This document shows, in pieces, positions 18,474-28,460 of a stretch of DNA of 64,000 nt. Under the pieces are notes generated by a model that was given only the letters and a program-made list of their open reading frames with translations, was not told the DNA's origin and did not search any database. Origin of the DNA: an uncultured Methylomirabilota bacterium (GTDB lineage Bacteria > Methylomirabilota > Methylomirabilia > Methylomirabilales > 2-02-FULL-66-22); NCBI GenBank assembly GCA_963705305.1, contig OY970067.1:4896001-4960000 (forward strand), written 5' to 3'. Position numbers and translations under genes: made by a program. Positions within the stretch are counted from its first letter, which is position 1. The number at the start of each line of letters is the position of its first letter.

Positions 18474-19271
18474 GCAGACCTCGATGCGTGCCCGTGGCTT
18501 CACAGCCCCACGGCGAAGCGGATGCGAGACAGATCGTTACTCAAATGTGGATAGAGGCCGACCCATAGCGTGCATGACTCACGAGCCGCTGGAGCACAAG
18601 TTGGGTGAAATCTGGCGCATGAGTGGTGTTCTGGTGGAAGTCCGCCTGCGCGAGATGCTTCGGGAGGTGCGGCGGCGGAAGCTTCCGATGTCGCGCCCGC
18701 CGGGTTGGTTTCGTGTGAACCCGGGATATGCCCTGTTTATGCGTCGCTTGAGCTCTGATTCCTGGTTGGAAAACCCAGCGTGCCTGTCCTCTCGGTGTAC
18801 AACTCGAAGAGCCCCGTGAGATCATCGCGGAAGAAAACGGCCGGCCTGTTGAGGCGATGAACGGTGCGTCCTCGCAGGCACTTGAAGTCAAAGAGGCGAT
18901 CCTTCGGGCTGCCCGTGCGGTAGGTCTCCCACATCATCGAGAGGTACTCCGGATTCTCATCGTTCGGCCGACACCGCCAATATGAAGGATTCGGAGGGCT
19001 TCCTGCGTGACTCTCCTCCGCACACCCCGCACGGCAAAATCAGGTGGCGCTGACCCCACGAGGATGGCAAGGGGACGTCCCAGATGTAGCCGATGATTGC
19101 GTGACTCCCTCCTTGCTGACCCACGATGGAGAGGACATGCTCACCGGGATGCCATTCCTTGTGGGGGGGGCTGACTGCGTATTCCGGCGATCTCGGCCGC
19201 CCAGTCCGGCGGGATGTCGGCCACGCGTTCCGGCGCATGCCGGCCGGAGCGAAGCGACGCTGGGCGTTCGG

Positions 19272-20033
19272 TTATTTCTCACACACGGGCGGGGCTGTCA
19301 AGCCCGCCCGGGTCTTCCGCAGCGATCCGCCGGTCAGCGTGAGCTGATGGGCGTTGTGCACCAGCCGGTCGCAGATGGCATCGGCGATCGTCGGATCCCC
19401 GATGCACTCGTGCCAGTGGCTCACCGGGAGCTGCCCGGCCAAGAGCGTGGAGCGGGTCCCATGCCGGTCGTCCACCACCTCGAGGAAGTCCCGCCGCTCC
19501 GCATCACTCAGGGGGGCGATGCCCCAATCGTCCACCACGAGCAGCTCGGTCCGGGCGAGCTGGCCGAGCACCACCGGGTAGCTCCCCTCCCCCCGGGCCA
19601 GGGCGAGCTCCTGGAAGAGCCGCGGGGCGCGGAAGTAGCGGACCGTGTGCCCCTGCCGGCAGGCCTGGTGGGCCAAGGCGCAGGCCAGGAACGTCTTCCC
19701 CGTGCCGGTCGGCCCCACGCAGATCAGGTTCTGGTGCTGGGTGAGCCACTGGCCCGTGGCCAGGCTCCGGACGAGGGCCTTGTCGAGCCCGCGCGGGGTC
19801 CGGAAGTCGAGGTCCTCGACACAGGCCTGGGGGAGCTTGAGCTTGGCGGTCTTCAGCCGCTGGAGCTGCCGGCGGTTCTCCCGGGCGGTCCACTCGGCAT
19901 CCACCAGGAGCCCGAGCCGCTCGGCGAAGGTGAGGTCGGCGGCCTCCGGGGATCGCTCCTGCGCCTCCCAGGCGGCGAGGAGGCCGTGCAGGTGCAGGGC
20001 CTGGAGTTTCTCGACGGTCGGGCTACGCAACAT
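19272..20033 (-). CDS. istB: IS21 helper ATPase IstB
   Basis: Walker A GPTGTGKT, Walker B LLVVDDWG, ADAICDRLVHNAH. Confidence 0.95.
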   Translation of the reverse strand: MLRSPTVEKLQALHLHGLLAAWEAQERSPEAADLTFAERLGLLVDAEWTARENRRQLQRLKTAKLKLPQACVEDLDFRTPRGLDKALVRSLATGQWLTQHQNLICVGPTGTGKTFLACALAHQACRQGHTVRYFRAPRLFQELALARGEGSYPVVLGQLARTELLVVDDWGIAPLSDAERRDFLEVVDDRHGTRSTLLAGQLPVSHWHECIGDPTIADAICDRLVHNAHQLTLTGGSLRKTRAGLTAPPVCEK

Positions 20034-21582
20034 CGGACGTCTCCTTTCGGGTGTAGTAGGCCGACCCCCGCACATGGGCATGCGCGGGGCGCGGCGGGGT
20101 GGACACCGGCACGAGGGGGTGCTGATCCAGGCCGGTGCGCAGGATCGACTGCACGCTCTTGTACGACAGGGCGCGGATCGCCAGCGCCCGCGCGCAGGCG
20201 GCCTCGAGCCGGGCGGCCGGGTACTGCTGGCTCAACCGGAGCAGGCCGAGGCACGACCGGTACCCCTGCTCGGGGTGGGGGCGGCTCGCCAGGATCGCCG
20301 CGATCAGCGCGGCGGTGGCCGGCCCGATCGTCGCCCCCCAGTGCGCCAGGCGGGACGGCGTCCAGGCCAGGTGCCGCTGGTGGGCCTTGGGGCGGTGGGC
20401 CGGCTCGGTGGTGAAGCCGCCCCGCTGCGAGCTCCGGACATGGGAGGCCACGCGCTGCCCTCGGTGGAAGATCTCCACCACGGTGGCCGTATAGCGGAGC
20501 TCGACCTCGTGGTGGACGAGCTGGTAGGGCACGCTGTAGGAGTGCCCCGCCAGCTCCACGTGGTAATCGATGTTCGCCCGGGCGCGCTTCCACTCGGCGA
20601 AGACGTAGGGCGTGGCGGGCAGTGGCCGGAGCGCCGGCTTGTCCACGGTCTCGAAGAGCGTCCGGCGCGAGCCGGGCAGTTTGCGGAAGGGGCGGTTGTT
20701 GAGCTGATCCAGCAACTCCCAGACCGCCGTGTTCAGCGCGGCCAGGTGGAAGAACGTGCGGTGCCGGAGGGCGGCGACGATCCAGCGCTCGACGATGAGC
20801 ACGGCCGTCTCCACTTTGGCTTTATCGCGTGGCCGGCGGACGCGCGTGGGGAGGATGGTCGTGCCGTAGTGGGCCGCGAGGTCGAGGTACGTGGGGTGCA
20901 GATCGGGCTCGTAGCGGTCCGGATGGAGGACGGCGCTCTTGTGGTTATCCGGGATCAGGGCGGCCGGCACGCCCCCCAGGTATTCGAACGCGCGGACGTG
21001 GCTCCCGATCCAGGCCGGGAGATCGGCCGCGCGGGTGGCCTCGGCATAGGTGTAGTTGCTCGCGCCGAGGACGGCGACGAACAGCGCCACCGGGGCGCGG
21101 GCCCCCGTCGTGGGATCCGTCACCCAGAGCGACTGGCCGGCGTAATCGAGGAACAGCTTCTCGCCAGCCCGGTGCTCCTGGCGAAGGCAGAGGTCGAGGG
21201 CCTGGGCCCACTGGCGGTAGTGGACGCAGAACTGGCTGTACTGGAGCCCGGCGGGATCCCCGGCCTTGTACTCCCGCCAGAGGAGCTGGAGGGTGACCCC
21301 GGGGTGCGTGAGCTCCTGGTGGATGGTGGCCCAGTCGGGCAGCGGGTGCTGGCCTGGCGGGCGGCCCGGCCGGCGGTAGAGCCGTGCCTCGAGGGTCCCG
21401 TCATCGAGCTCGGGCGGGAGTGGCCACGTCAGGCCGGCGGCCGCGGCGCGGACGAGGCACTCGGCCACCGAGCTACGGGCGATCTTGCAACTCTGGGCGA
21501 TCTCGCGATTACTGCGCTGGCAGGTCCACTTCAGGCGGAGGATCTCTCGAATCGTGCGCATGGATAGTCGCTCAGCGGCCAC
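20023..21582 (-). CDS. istA: IS21 transposase IstA
   Basis: N-terminal HTH (MRTIREILRL...NREIAQSC), LFLDYAG, IPDNHK, PRDKAKVE. Confidence 0.95.
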   Translation of the reverse strand: MAAERLSMRTIREILRLKWTCQRSNREIAQSCKIARSSVAECLVRAAAAGLTWPLPPELDDGTLEARLYRRPGRPPGQHPLPDWATIHQELTHPGVTLQLLWREYKAGDPAGLQYSQFCVHYRQWAQALDLCLRQEHRAGEKLFLDYAGQSLWVTDPTTGARAPVALFVAVLGASNYTYAEATRAADLPAWIGSHVRAFEYLGGVPAALIPDNHKSAVLHPDRYEPDLHPTYLDLAAHYGTTILPTRVRRPRDKAKVETAVLIVERWIVAALRHRTFFHLAALNTAVWELLDQLNNRPFRKLPGSRRTLFETVDKPALRPLPATPYVFAEWKRARANIDYHVELAGHSYSVPYQLVHHEVELRYTATVVEIFHRGQRVASHVRSSQRGGFTTEPAHRPKAHQRHLAWTPSRLAHWGATIGPATAALIAAILASRPHPEQGYRSCLGLLRLSQQYPAARLEAACARALAIRALSYKSVQSILRTGLDQHPLVPVSTPPRPAHAHVRGSAYYTRKETSDVA

Positions 21583-21733
21583 CGGGTCCCTCCTGGTTTC
21601 GGGTTTCCAGGAGGATACCCTAGGCCCGCGCTATCCAGCGTCGCTTCTACGTGCTCCCGAGGTGGCCGGCATGCGCCGGAATGGGTGGCCGGCATCGACC
21701 GGAATCGGCGGCCGGCATGCGCCGGAATACGCA

Positions 21734-21854
21734 GTTGACCGGGCCCGGGCGCCTGCTGGGCCAGGGCGGCGCCCGCGCCGCCCATCGTCAAGCCGACCAG
21801 GAGCGCTCCTCCCAGCACCCAACCCCGATGCCTGAATCCCTTGCCTGTTGTCAT
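21734..21854 (-). pseudogene. 5' part of a secreted-protein ORF interrupted by IS21
   Basis: RBS AAAGGAG; MTTGKGFRHRGWVLGGALLVGLTMGGAGAALA-QQAPGPGQ runs directly into the IS end. Confidence 0.65.
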
Positions 21855-22177
21855 ACCGTGCTCCTTTTGTGAGAGAACACACTCGCCTTTCGAGGTAGCA
21901 CTGCCCTTTGGGTGAGGAGGGTCACCTAGACAGTACAGGCGCCGTCGCCCCGTTGTTTCACAGGGCGAGCCTCGTCCGTCCAGGTCCCCCACGAGGCCCC
22001 TGGGACCCTACCGGGGCCCGCAGTGCAGTCATGGCTTGACAGGAGGAAGGGGGATAACTGCTTGACAAAAGAGGGATCTTTGCTTCGGCAGGCTCCTTGC
22101 CGTTTCCCCGCGGCTACGCCTAATGGGAACCAGGGAGGACGAAACGGACGGCGGCCGGCCTCCTGGGGGGATTCTCC

Positions 22178-22951
22178 TCACGGAGTACGTCTGTCCGGTG
22201 CCGGATGTTCGGCCGTCTCCACCGGATGACGCCGCTGCCAGGCCGGCAGCGTGCGCACGATGCCGGACAGCGCATACAGCGTGAAGAAGAGGAGCAGGAA
22301 CAGGCTGGGCTGCGAGGCCATGACCAGGAACACCAGGAGCAGCGTCGTCAGGAGGGTGAAGGGCTGCCGTCTCCGCAGCTCCAGTCCCTTCAAGCTGCGG
22401 TAGCGGAGCTTGCTCACCATGAGGAACCCCAATCCGAACATCCCCAGCAAGAGACCGACGGCCGTCCACTGGGCCGGGACCACCCTGCGGCCGAGGACGA
22501 CCGCCGCCGGGGATCCCTGCATGAACAGCACGAACGCAGCCACCAGCGCGCTCGCGGCCGCAATGGGCAGCCCCACGAAGAAGCGCCTGTCCACGCTGCG
22601 CGGCTGGACGTTGAAGCGGGCCAAGCGGATTGCGCCGCAAGCGGTGAAGGCGAAGGCCGCCAAGCCGCCGACCCAGCCGAAGCGCTGCAGCGCATAGACA
22701 TAGGCCAAGAGGCCGGGGGCGACCCCAAAAGACACCAGATCGGCCAGCGAATCCAGCTCGATGCCGACTTCGCTGGTCGCGCCGGTCATCCGGGCCACGC
22801 CCCCGTCCAGATAGTCGAAGACCAGCGCCAGGAGGATGGCCACTGCGGCTGCCATGTACTCGTCGTCGTACACCGCCACCAGCGCATAGAAGCCGCAGGA
22901 CAGGTTCCCCAGCGTGAGGATGCTGGGGAGCAGATACACCCCCCGCCGCAT
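22178..22951 (-). CDS. pssA: CDP-diacylglycerol--serine O-phosphatidyltransferase
   Basis: LPSILTLGNL, FDYLDGGVAR...GIELDSLADLVSFGVAP, RLARFN, FVGLP. Confidence 0.92.
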   Translation of the reverse strand: MRRGVYLLPSILTLGNLSCGFYALVAVYDDEYMAAAVAILLALVFDYLDGGVARMTGATSEVGIELDSLADLVSFGVAPGLLAYVYALQRFGWVGGLAAFAFTACGAIRLARFNVQPRSVDRRFFVGLPIAAASALVAAFVLFMQGSPAAVVLGRRVVPAQWTAVGLLLGMFGLGFLMVSKLRYRSLKGLELRRRQPFTLLTTLLLVFLVMASQPSLFLLLFFTLYALSGIVRTLPAWQRRHPVETAEHPAPDRRTP

Positions 22952-23448
22952 GGTCACCCGCCCTGCCCGCATGAAATCACCCCCCTCGCCGTCGGCGCTC
23001 GGACCCTTGAGAATACCAGGCCACGGAATGTGTCAGAGAACGCCGACGCCCACGGGGCCTCCTGATGTGATGCTTCTGCGGATCGAGTGGCCCTCGGCGC
23101 TGCTGGTTTCCCCAATATCCGGCCCTTCCTTCCGCCAGCAGGACAGGAGGCTGCTGCAGGGGGCTCCATGCAGCTACCCACGGCGCACCGGGGGAGAGCG
23201 CCAGGACGACGGGGGTTCTCAGGGAACCCCAAGTCACCGGAGCATGTCTCCCGTCCTCAGCGCACCCGGTGCATCGTCCCTGCGCAGGCATCCCGGACAG
23301 CCGGGACATATCGGCAGGCCGCCCCCGCGATTCCACTGCTCAGCAGGGCTCCCGCCAAGATGTCAGAGGGAAAATGCGCCCCCTGGACCCCGTGCGGGTG
23401 GTGTCCTATTTTGGATTTTGAGCCTATTATTATCAATCTGCATCGTCA

Positions 23449-23685
23449 TTAAAGGGGACGTTGCATTATCTGTCATATCTTGCCTTCCCCGGACCACTTC
23501 TCCCGAGGAGGGGAGGGACTCGGATGGCGCGCACGGCCGGGTCTAGCCCATCATGCCTGCATCCTGCGGATTTCCCACCCCCCTCCCTTGCCCTAACCCG
23601 CGGGCTTCCCCTATTGCTCCCGCTGGCCAGAAACGCAGGAGATTATACAAATAATGCTACGTCCCGTATTTCCGTCCCGTATTTC
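23449..23685 (+). repeat. ~225-bp IR-bounded miniature element, copy B
   Basis: Near-identical to 15103-15327, with a tandem duplication of CGTCCCGTATTTC at its right end. Confidence 0.85.
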
Positions 23686-23845
23686 AGCCGCCCATGACGA
23701 CGTAGTCCCCCCCTTCCGGGAGGGACCGCGACCACCGGGCCTCCGTCGGGTGGCAACTTCGCGTGGAAGTGTCGGCCAAATCATAGCCCGTCAATCGTAT
23801 GGGCCGAGCCGTGCAAGGCACTCGGTGGCTGCAAGAGAAAGTGGC

Positions 23846-24070
23846 TCAGGAACTCGCAACAGTTCTGGACGGGTCTCCGAGACTTCCGGGGCGCTGGAGG
23901 GGCCAGCTCGCACCAGTGCTGCGATCCTGTTGCGGGGTCTGGAAGGCCTTCGCCAGCGCATTGGCGGCCTGCAGCTTGTCCTCCTTGGTGACCCTGGCGT
24001 AGATCGTGGTCGTCTTGATGCTCGCGTGCACCACTTACTCCTGGACGACCGCCAGGTCGTTTTCACATCG
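23846..24070 (-). pseudogene. Tyrosine recombinase/integrase C-terminal remnant
   Basis: DLAVVQE*VVHASIKTTTIYARV is a degenerate box II (VQxxLGHASxxTTxIY) containing a stop codon. Confidence 0.7.
23851..23937. repeat. Copy 3 of the CTCGCA-core site
   Basis: AACTCGCAACA (23851), AGCTCGCACCA (23905), 12 bp, TGTTGCGGGG. Confidence 0.72.
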
Positions 24071-24171
24071 CCCCGCCCTCGCCCAGGGCTTTCGCGCCCC
24101 TCGGCCGCTCGCAGGTGACCCTTGGGTGGCCATCAGCGTATGCTTTCTTGACCTCCACCGAAGATCTGGTC

Positions 24172-24545
24172 GCCGCGCTGAAACGGGAGTCAGGCCGGTC
24201 GCGTATTGTGAGGCAGGAGTGGGGGCTGCGGCTGCCCACGGCTGCGGGGTCGTGCGCGGGGCCAGGAGAGTCGCCCAGGGACCCGCCGGGTGAGGGTGCC
24301 GGCGGGGAACGGCTGGGCTCCTTCCCCGCCAGAGCACCCTCGGTGCGGCTCGCAGCCGCCGCCCCGCTCCTCCTGGCCGAGGTAGTGCAGCCGCTCATGG
24401 TGCGGGATGTGGGCGCTGAGCGCCTGCACCGGGCGCAGTGACGACGGCCCGTGCCCGCCGGCACCCCGCCTGCCGTAGACCGGAGCGAGCCAGAAGAACA
24501 GATGAGATCCGGGAGGACGTAGCCTTCCGGTGCGCGAGGCCCTGG
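24172..24545 (+). pseudogene. Internally deleted duplicate of the lipoprotein locus 27531-28400
   Basis: Leader matches 27531-27620; VRLAAAAPLLLAEVVQPLMVRDV matches the C-terminus of 27712-28290; the gene body is missing. Confidence 0.75.
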
Positions 24546-24938
24546 ATGTGGCGACCTCCTCCCTGTGCCCAGGGCCTCGTGGTTTTTTGGGGATCGGGCC
24601 GGGGCAGGAGAGCCGCGGCGCCTCGGGGCTGGACGGGAGCGGGGGGCGGCGGCCCGATGAACGGACGGGGCGGGCGGCATCGCCCGCACGACCTGGGCAA
24701 GGGGCGCGCGAGCGGGAGCACACGCGGAAGAAGTGGAGGAAGGAGGGCTGACCCGGGAAGCGCACCGGCATCGAGAAGGGCCGAGCGGTGCAGGGCGCCC
24801 TAAACTTCCCCCTCGAGCAGGCCAGTGCGAGCTGCCCGCCATCGACGCCAAGGTGCCTGCGCTCGCCCCCCCCCTGCAGGCGGACCAGCAGTTCGCGACG
24901 ATCAAGGCGGTTGCAACGGGGGAGGCGCTCCTCCGCGC

Positions 24939-25418
24939 TTACCTCTTCTTCGCGCTCAAGGGACCGACGGCAATCTCCACCTTGGTCATCCCCGTCCAGG
25001 TTTCCGTAATTCGGATGAGGCACGTTTTCTCCGGCTTGGAGAAGCTGAGGAGGGTCTCCTTGCCCTTGAAGGCGTTCACAAACGTCCACTGATCCTTTTC
25101 CATGTTAACCATAAAGAACTCGATCAGCCACGGCACATCGAGCCGCCATTTGGAAAACCGGAGAGTGCCCGCTTTAAAGGTGGGGGTTTCATAGACGATG
25201 GATTCATCCGCGTCATAGGCCAAGTCACTCGGGACCTGGACATCATCGAGGTAATACCGCCCCACCTCCTGCCCTGCTGCCGTCCCTTGTGGCGGTGGTC
25301 CCGTGACCGGTTGCCCCGATCGCTGTTCGGGGGCAGAGGTCGCACATCCCCCCCCTGCCAACAGGGCCACCAAGGCCAGCGCCATCACCACCTTCTTCTG
25401 CACGATCTCGGCCATCAT
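24939..25418 (-). CDS. Conserved-looking hypothetical lipoprotein
   Basis: RBS GGGAGG; lipobox-like ALLAGGG-C; globular body (DVQVPSDL...FFMVNMEKDQW...TKVEIAVGP). Confidence 0.75.
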   Translation of the reverse strand: MMAEIVQKKVVMALALVALLAGGGCATSAPEQRSGQPVTGPPPQGTAAGQEVGRYYLDDVQVPSDLAYDADESIVYETPTFKAGTLRFSKWRLDVPWLIEFFMVNMEKDQWTFVNAFKGKETLLSFSKPEKTCLIRITETWTGMTKVEIAVGPLSAKKR

Positions 25419-25487
25419 CGTTGCCTCCCGTTGTGTGAGAGATGCTGCCGTCGTGTACCAGTGACGAGGGAAAAAGGGCATGCGGAA

Positions 25488-25688
25488 TCACAGGGGACCC
25501 GGATGAACGGGCCACCGCCCGCCGGGGGTGGAGAGCGTGACATTGGAGTTCAGCGGGAAGGCGCCTCCCCCGAAGCCCGACACGGAGAAATCCCACCCGG
25601 GGAGCACTTGGGCCAGCGCCAAGGGTGGGATGGCCAGGAGAACCCCGACCGCCACCAGGGAAGCAGGGAACCACCGGAGCCTACGCAT
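25488..25688 (-). pseudogene. Truncated copy of the outer-membrane beta-barrel gene
   Basis: AQVLPGWDFSVSGFGGGAFPLNSNVTLSTPG matches the N-terminus of 28461-29183, then stops. Confidence 0.8.
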
Positions 25689-25892
25689 GATTGCCTCCCT
25701 TTAATAGGGTAGGAGATGATCACGACCCCCTGCGAGGCATCGCGCTCAAGAGAGCGCACATCATGCAGGATGGTGGTCAACGCAGGATGGCTTTTCGGTG
25801 ATCATCCCACTTCCCTCTGCCTCACGCAAGCGCGCACTGGGGATGCCCTCACGCTCTCCTAGCCCTCCCGCTGCCGGTAGCTAATCCCCCGG

Positions 25893-27041
25893 CTAGTACC
25901 CCCGCTCCGGGTCCACCACCGACAGCATCTTGTCGCCCGCCACGTACCGGCGGACGTTCTCCTTCACCACCGCGTCCAGGCGCTCCCGCGGGACGTCGGC
26001 GCGGCCCGCGACGTGGGGGGTGATGAGGACGTGGGGGGCGCGGAAGAGCGGATGGCCGTCCGGGAGCGGCTCCGGGTCGGTGACGTCGAGGCCGGCGCCC
26101 GCCAGTTTCCTGCTCGTGAGCGCCTCGATCAGGTCGGCCGTGACGACGCTCTTGCCCCGGGCGACATTGATGAAGAGCGCGGTCGGCTTCAGGACGGCGA
26201 AGAACGTCGCGTTGAACAGCCCGGTGGTTTCGGCGGTCAACGGCGTCGCATTCACGATGACGTCCGCGGCCCGCGCGAGCGGCAGCAGCTCGCCGGGCAG
26301 CCCGACGTAGCTCACGAACTCGGGCCCCTCGTGCCCGCTGTGCCGCGTCGCGAGCACCCGCATCCCCAGCGCGTGCGCCCGTTGCGCCACCTCGGTGCCG
26401 ATCCCGCCCAACCCGACCACGAGCAGCGTCTTGCCGGCGAGCACTTCCAGGCCGGCGGCCGGCGCGGCGGCCCGCGCCCAGTGCCCCGCCGCCTGCGCGG
26501 GCAGCCACACGGGGAGGCCCCGGCTGAGCCCGAACATCAGGGCCAGCACGTGCTCGGCGATGATCGGGGCCTGGACATGCTGCGCGTTGGTCAGGAGGAT
26601 CTTCCGCTGGCGCAGCTCCGGGCGCGCGACGCACCCCTCGACGCCGGCGCCGCCGGTCTGGAGCCAGAACAGGTGCGGCGCGGCGGCCAGGACGGCCGGA
26701 TCGCACGCGCCGATGTAGGCGTCGGCGTCCGCCACCGCGGCGAGCGTCTCCGCGCGATCCTCCGCCAGCACGATCTGGACGCCCGGCGCAGCGGCCCGCA
26801 GCTCCGCGATGCTGGCCCCGAGCCCCAGGGCGGCGCTGACGACGATCTTTCTCGGCGGCTTCCAGCCCGGCACCTGGCGGACCGGCGTGCTCGCCTCAAT
26901 GAGCCGCAGGTCCGACAGCACCGCGTGTTCCGAGGGCGCCGCCGGCTCCGCCGCCTGCGCCACCCCCATCGCGCCCGACACGACAACTATGATCGCAGCC
27001 GCGAGCGCCCACCCTCCAGCCGCCACACGTGATCGATCCAT
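25893..27041 (-). CDS. D-2-hydroxyacid dehydrogenase family protein with N-terminal signal-like peptide
   Basis: GLGGIG, INVARG, DVTDPEPLP, ITPHVAG; RBS GGAGG. Confidence 0.9.
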   Translation of the reverse strand: MDRSRVAAGGWALAAAIIVVVSGAMGVAQAAEPAAPSEHAVLSDLRLIEASTPVRQVPGWKPPRKIVVSAALGLGASIAELRAAAPGVQIVLAEDRAETLAAVADADAYIGACDPAVLAAAPHLFWLQTGGAGVEGCVARPELRQRKILLTNAQHVQAPIIAEHVLALMFGLSRGLPVWLPAQAAGHWARAAAPAAGLEVLAGKTLLVVGLGGIGTEVAQRAHALGMRVLATRHSGHEGPEFVSYVGLPGELLPLARAADVIVNATPLTAETTGLFNATFFAVLKPTALFINVARGKSVVTADLIEALTSRKLAGAGLDVTDPEPLPDGHPLFRAPHVLITPHVAGRADVPRERLDAVVKENVRRYVAGDKMLSVVDPERGY

Positions 27042-27711
27042 CGATGTCCTCCAGGCCTTCGGAGACCCTGGCCTGCCCGCACCGATCGGGCCACCCGCAT
27101 GGTAGTTCAAGTAGGGTTCTACCGCCAGCGCAGGGGGGCTCCCGGGCTGAGCAGGGACATGGGGGTTGAATTCGCGATGGGGCGCAGACGCACCGGGCAC
27201 CCCTTTCAGACCGATCGGGCACGGAGCGTGAGCCGATCCCCGGCGGAAATCGCCGAGGCTCATCCGCCGGTTAGAGAGGGGGTGTCCACGCGAAACATCC
27301 AAGGGCCCTCCGGGTGATCGGCGGGGAGGGAACAGAGGATATCCGCCACCTGCCACAGGGACTGGGCCGCGCTCCTGCCTTGCCGCCATTGCCCCGTGGT
27401 CGTCGAGGCGCCCCGCGTATACGGCGCCCGTGCACCTTCACGTACGCCCGCCTTCCCCGGCTTGTTTCGGGTGACTTCTTTGGGGGCTACGATTTTATGC
27501 TCCCTTGATCTCTGGCGGAGTTCCTGCCGTCACGCTGAAACGGGGATCAGGCCGTTCGCGTATTGTAATGCAGGAGTGCGGGCCGCGGCTGCCCTGGGCA
27601 GCGGGATCGTTCGGGGGGCGTGCTGCTATGTCCCGGCCGCCTGGGGAAGCGAGACACCCGCAGGGAGAGCGGCCGGCTGAGGGCGCGGTCGCCCCCGAGG
27701 AGGTGCGGAAG

Positions 27712-28290
27712 ATGAAGCGCATGGGCACGATTCGCCTGGGATTGCTGCTCTTCCTGGTGGGCGGCCTGGCGGCCTGCGCCGGAGCCGTCGGACCCCTGCC
27801 GCCGAACGCGGAGCAGTTCCCGTACCCGCCGCCGGGGTTCGCCCATCGGGTGGCCTCCCCCGCGGTGGAGCTGTTCTGGAACTGCGCCCGGCCGGCCCCG
27901 GACACCCTGGAGGTGGCGGGGCTCGCGTTCAACCCGTGGTCGGGAGAGGACATTCAATTCCTGAAGTTCGACCTGGTGGGAGTGGATGCGAGCGGGCGCA
28001 CCGTCTCCGAGGCCACGGGGATGGCGCGGGACCTCAGTGTTGGCACCATGGACGCCACGCCCTTCCAGCTGACGCTGCAGACCGCGGGGACCGAGACCCG
28101 CTTCGACCTGTTCTACCAGTACCGCTACCAGGAGCCCGGGGATACCGGGGGCGGCGGCGAGCGCAGCTCCCTGCCGGCCGGGGCGCTCCCGGTGCGGCTC
28201 GCGGCCGCCGGGCCGCTCCTCCTGGCCCAGGTGGTGCAGCCGCTCGTGGTGCGGGATGTGTGCGCTGAGACGATGCATCGGGCGCGGTGA
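27712..28290 (+). CDS. Hypothetical lipoprotein
   Basis: MKRMGTIRLGLLLFLVGGLAA-C lipobox; RBS GAGGAGG. Confidence 0.75.
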   Translation: MKRMGTIRLGLLLFLVGGLAACAGAVGPLPPNAEQFPYPPPGFAHRVASPAVELFWNCARPAPDTLEVAGLAFNPWSGEDIQFLKFDLVGVDASGRTVSEATGMARDLSVGTMDATPFQLTLQTAGTETRFDLFYQYRYQEPGDTGGGGERSSLPAGALPVRLAAAGPLLLAQVVQPLVVRDVCAETMHRAR

Positions 28291-28460
28291 CGACGGCCCG
28301 TGAGCTTGCCTGCCGGCAGTCCGCCTGCCGCAGATCCGAGCGAGCGGGAGCAACGGAAATGAGATCCGGGAGGCGGGAGCTTGCCAGTGCGCGAGGTCCT
28401 GGGTTTGTCTGCCCGCCGTGCGCCCGGAGTCTTGCTGTTTCTGACGAAGGAGGATGGGAC

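Larger units (their letters stand above)
19176..21733 (-). mobile_element. IS21-family insertion sequence
   Basis: Terminal TGCGTATTCCGGCG ... CGCCGGAATACGCA; multiple internal CCGGCGCATGCCGGCC-type repeats at both ends; flanks GCTGAC/GTTGAC. Confidence 0.92.

Noticed and set aside
18737..19030. Protein-like minus-strand reading frame (...SMMWETYRTGSPKDRLFDFKC...)
   Set aside because: No convincing start or family motif; may be a fragment but cannot be supported.
19176..19250. Short repeated units at the IS21 ends resembling a mini CRISPR (also 21660-21733)
   Set aside because: These are the multiple terminal repeats typical of IS21; there are no unique spacers or cas genes. No CRISPR array, tRNA or rRNA was seen in the window.
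22036..22067. Two TTGACA hexamers 26 bp apart
   Set aside because: No matching -10 box at a canonical spacing and no sense-strand gene downstream.
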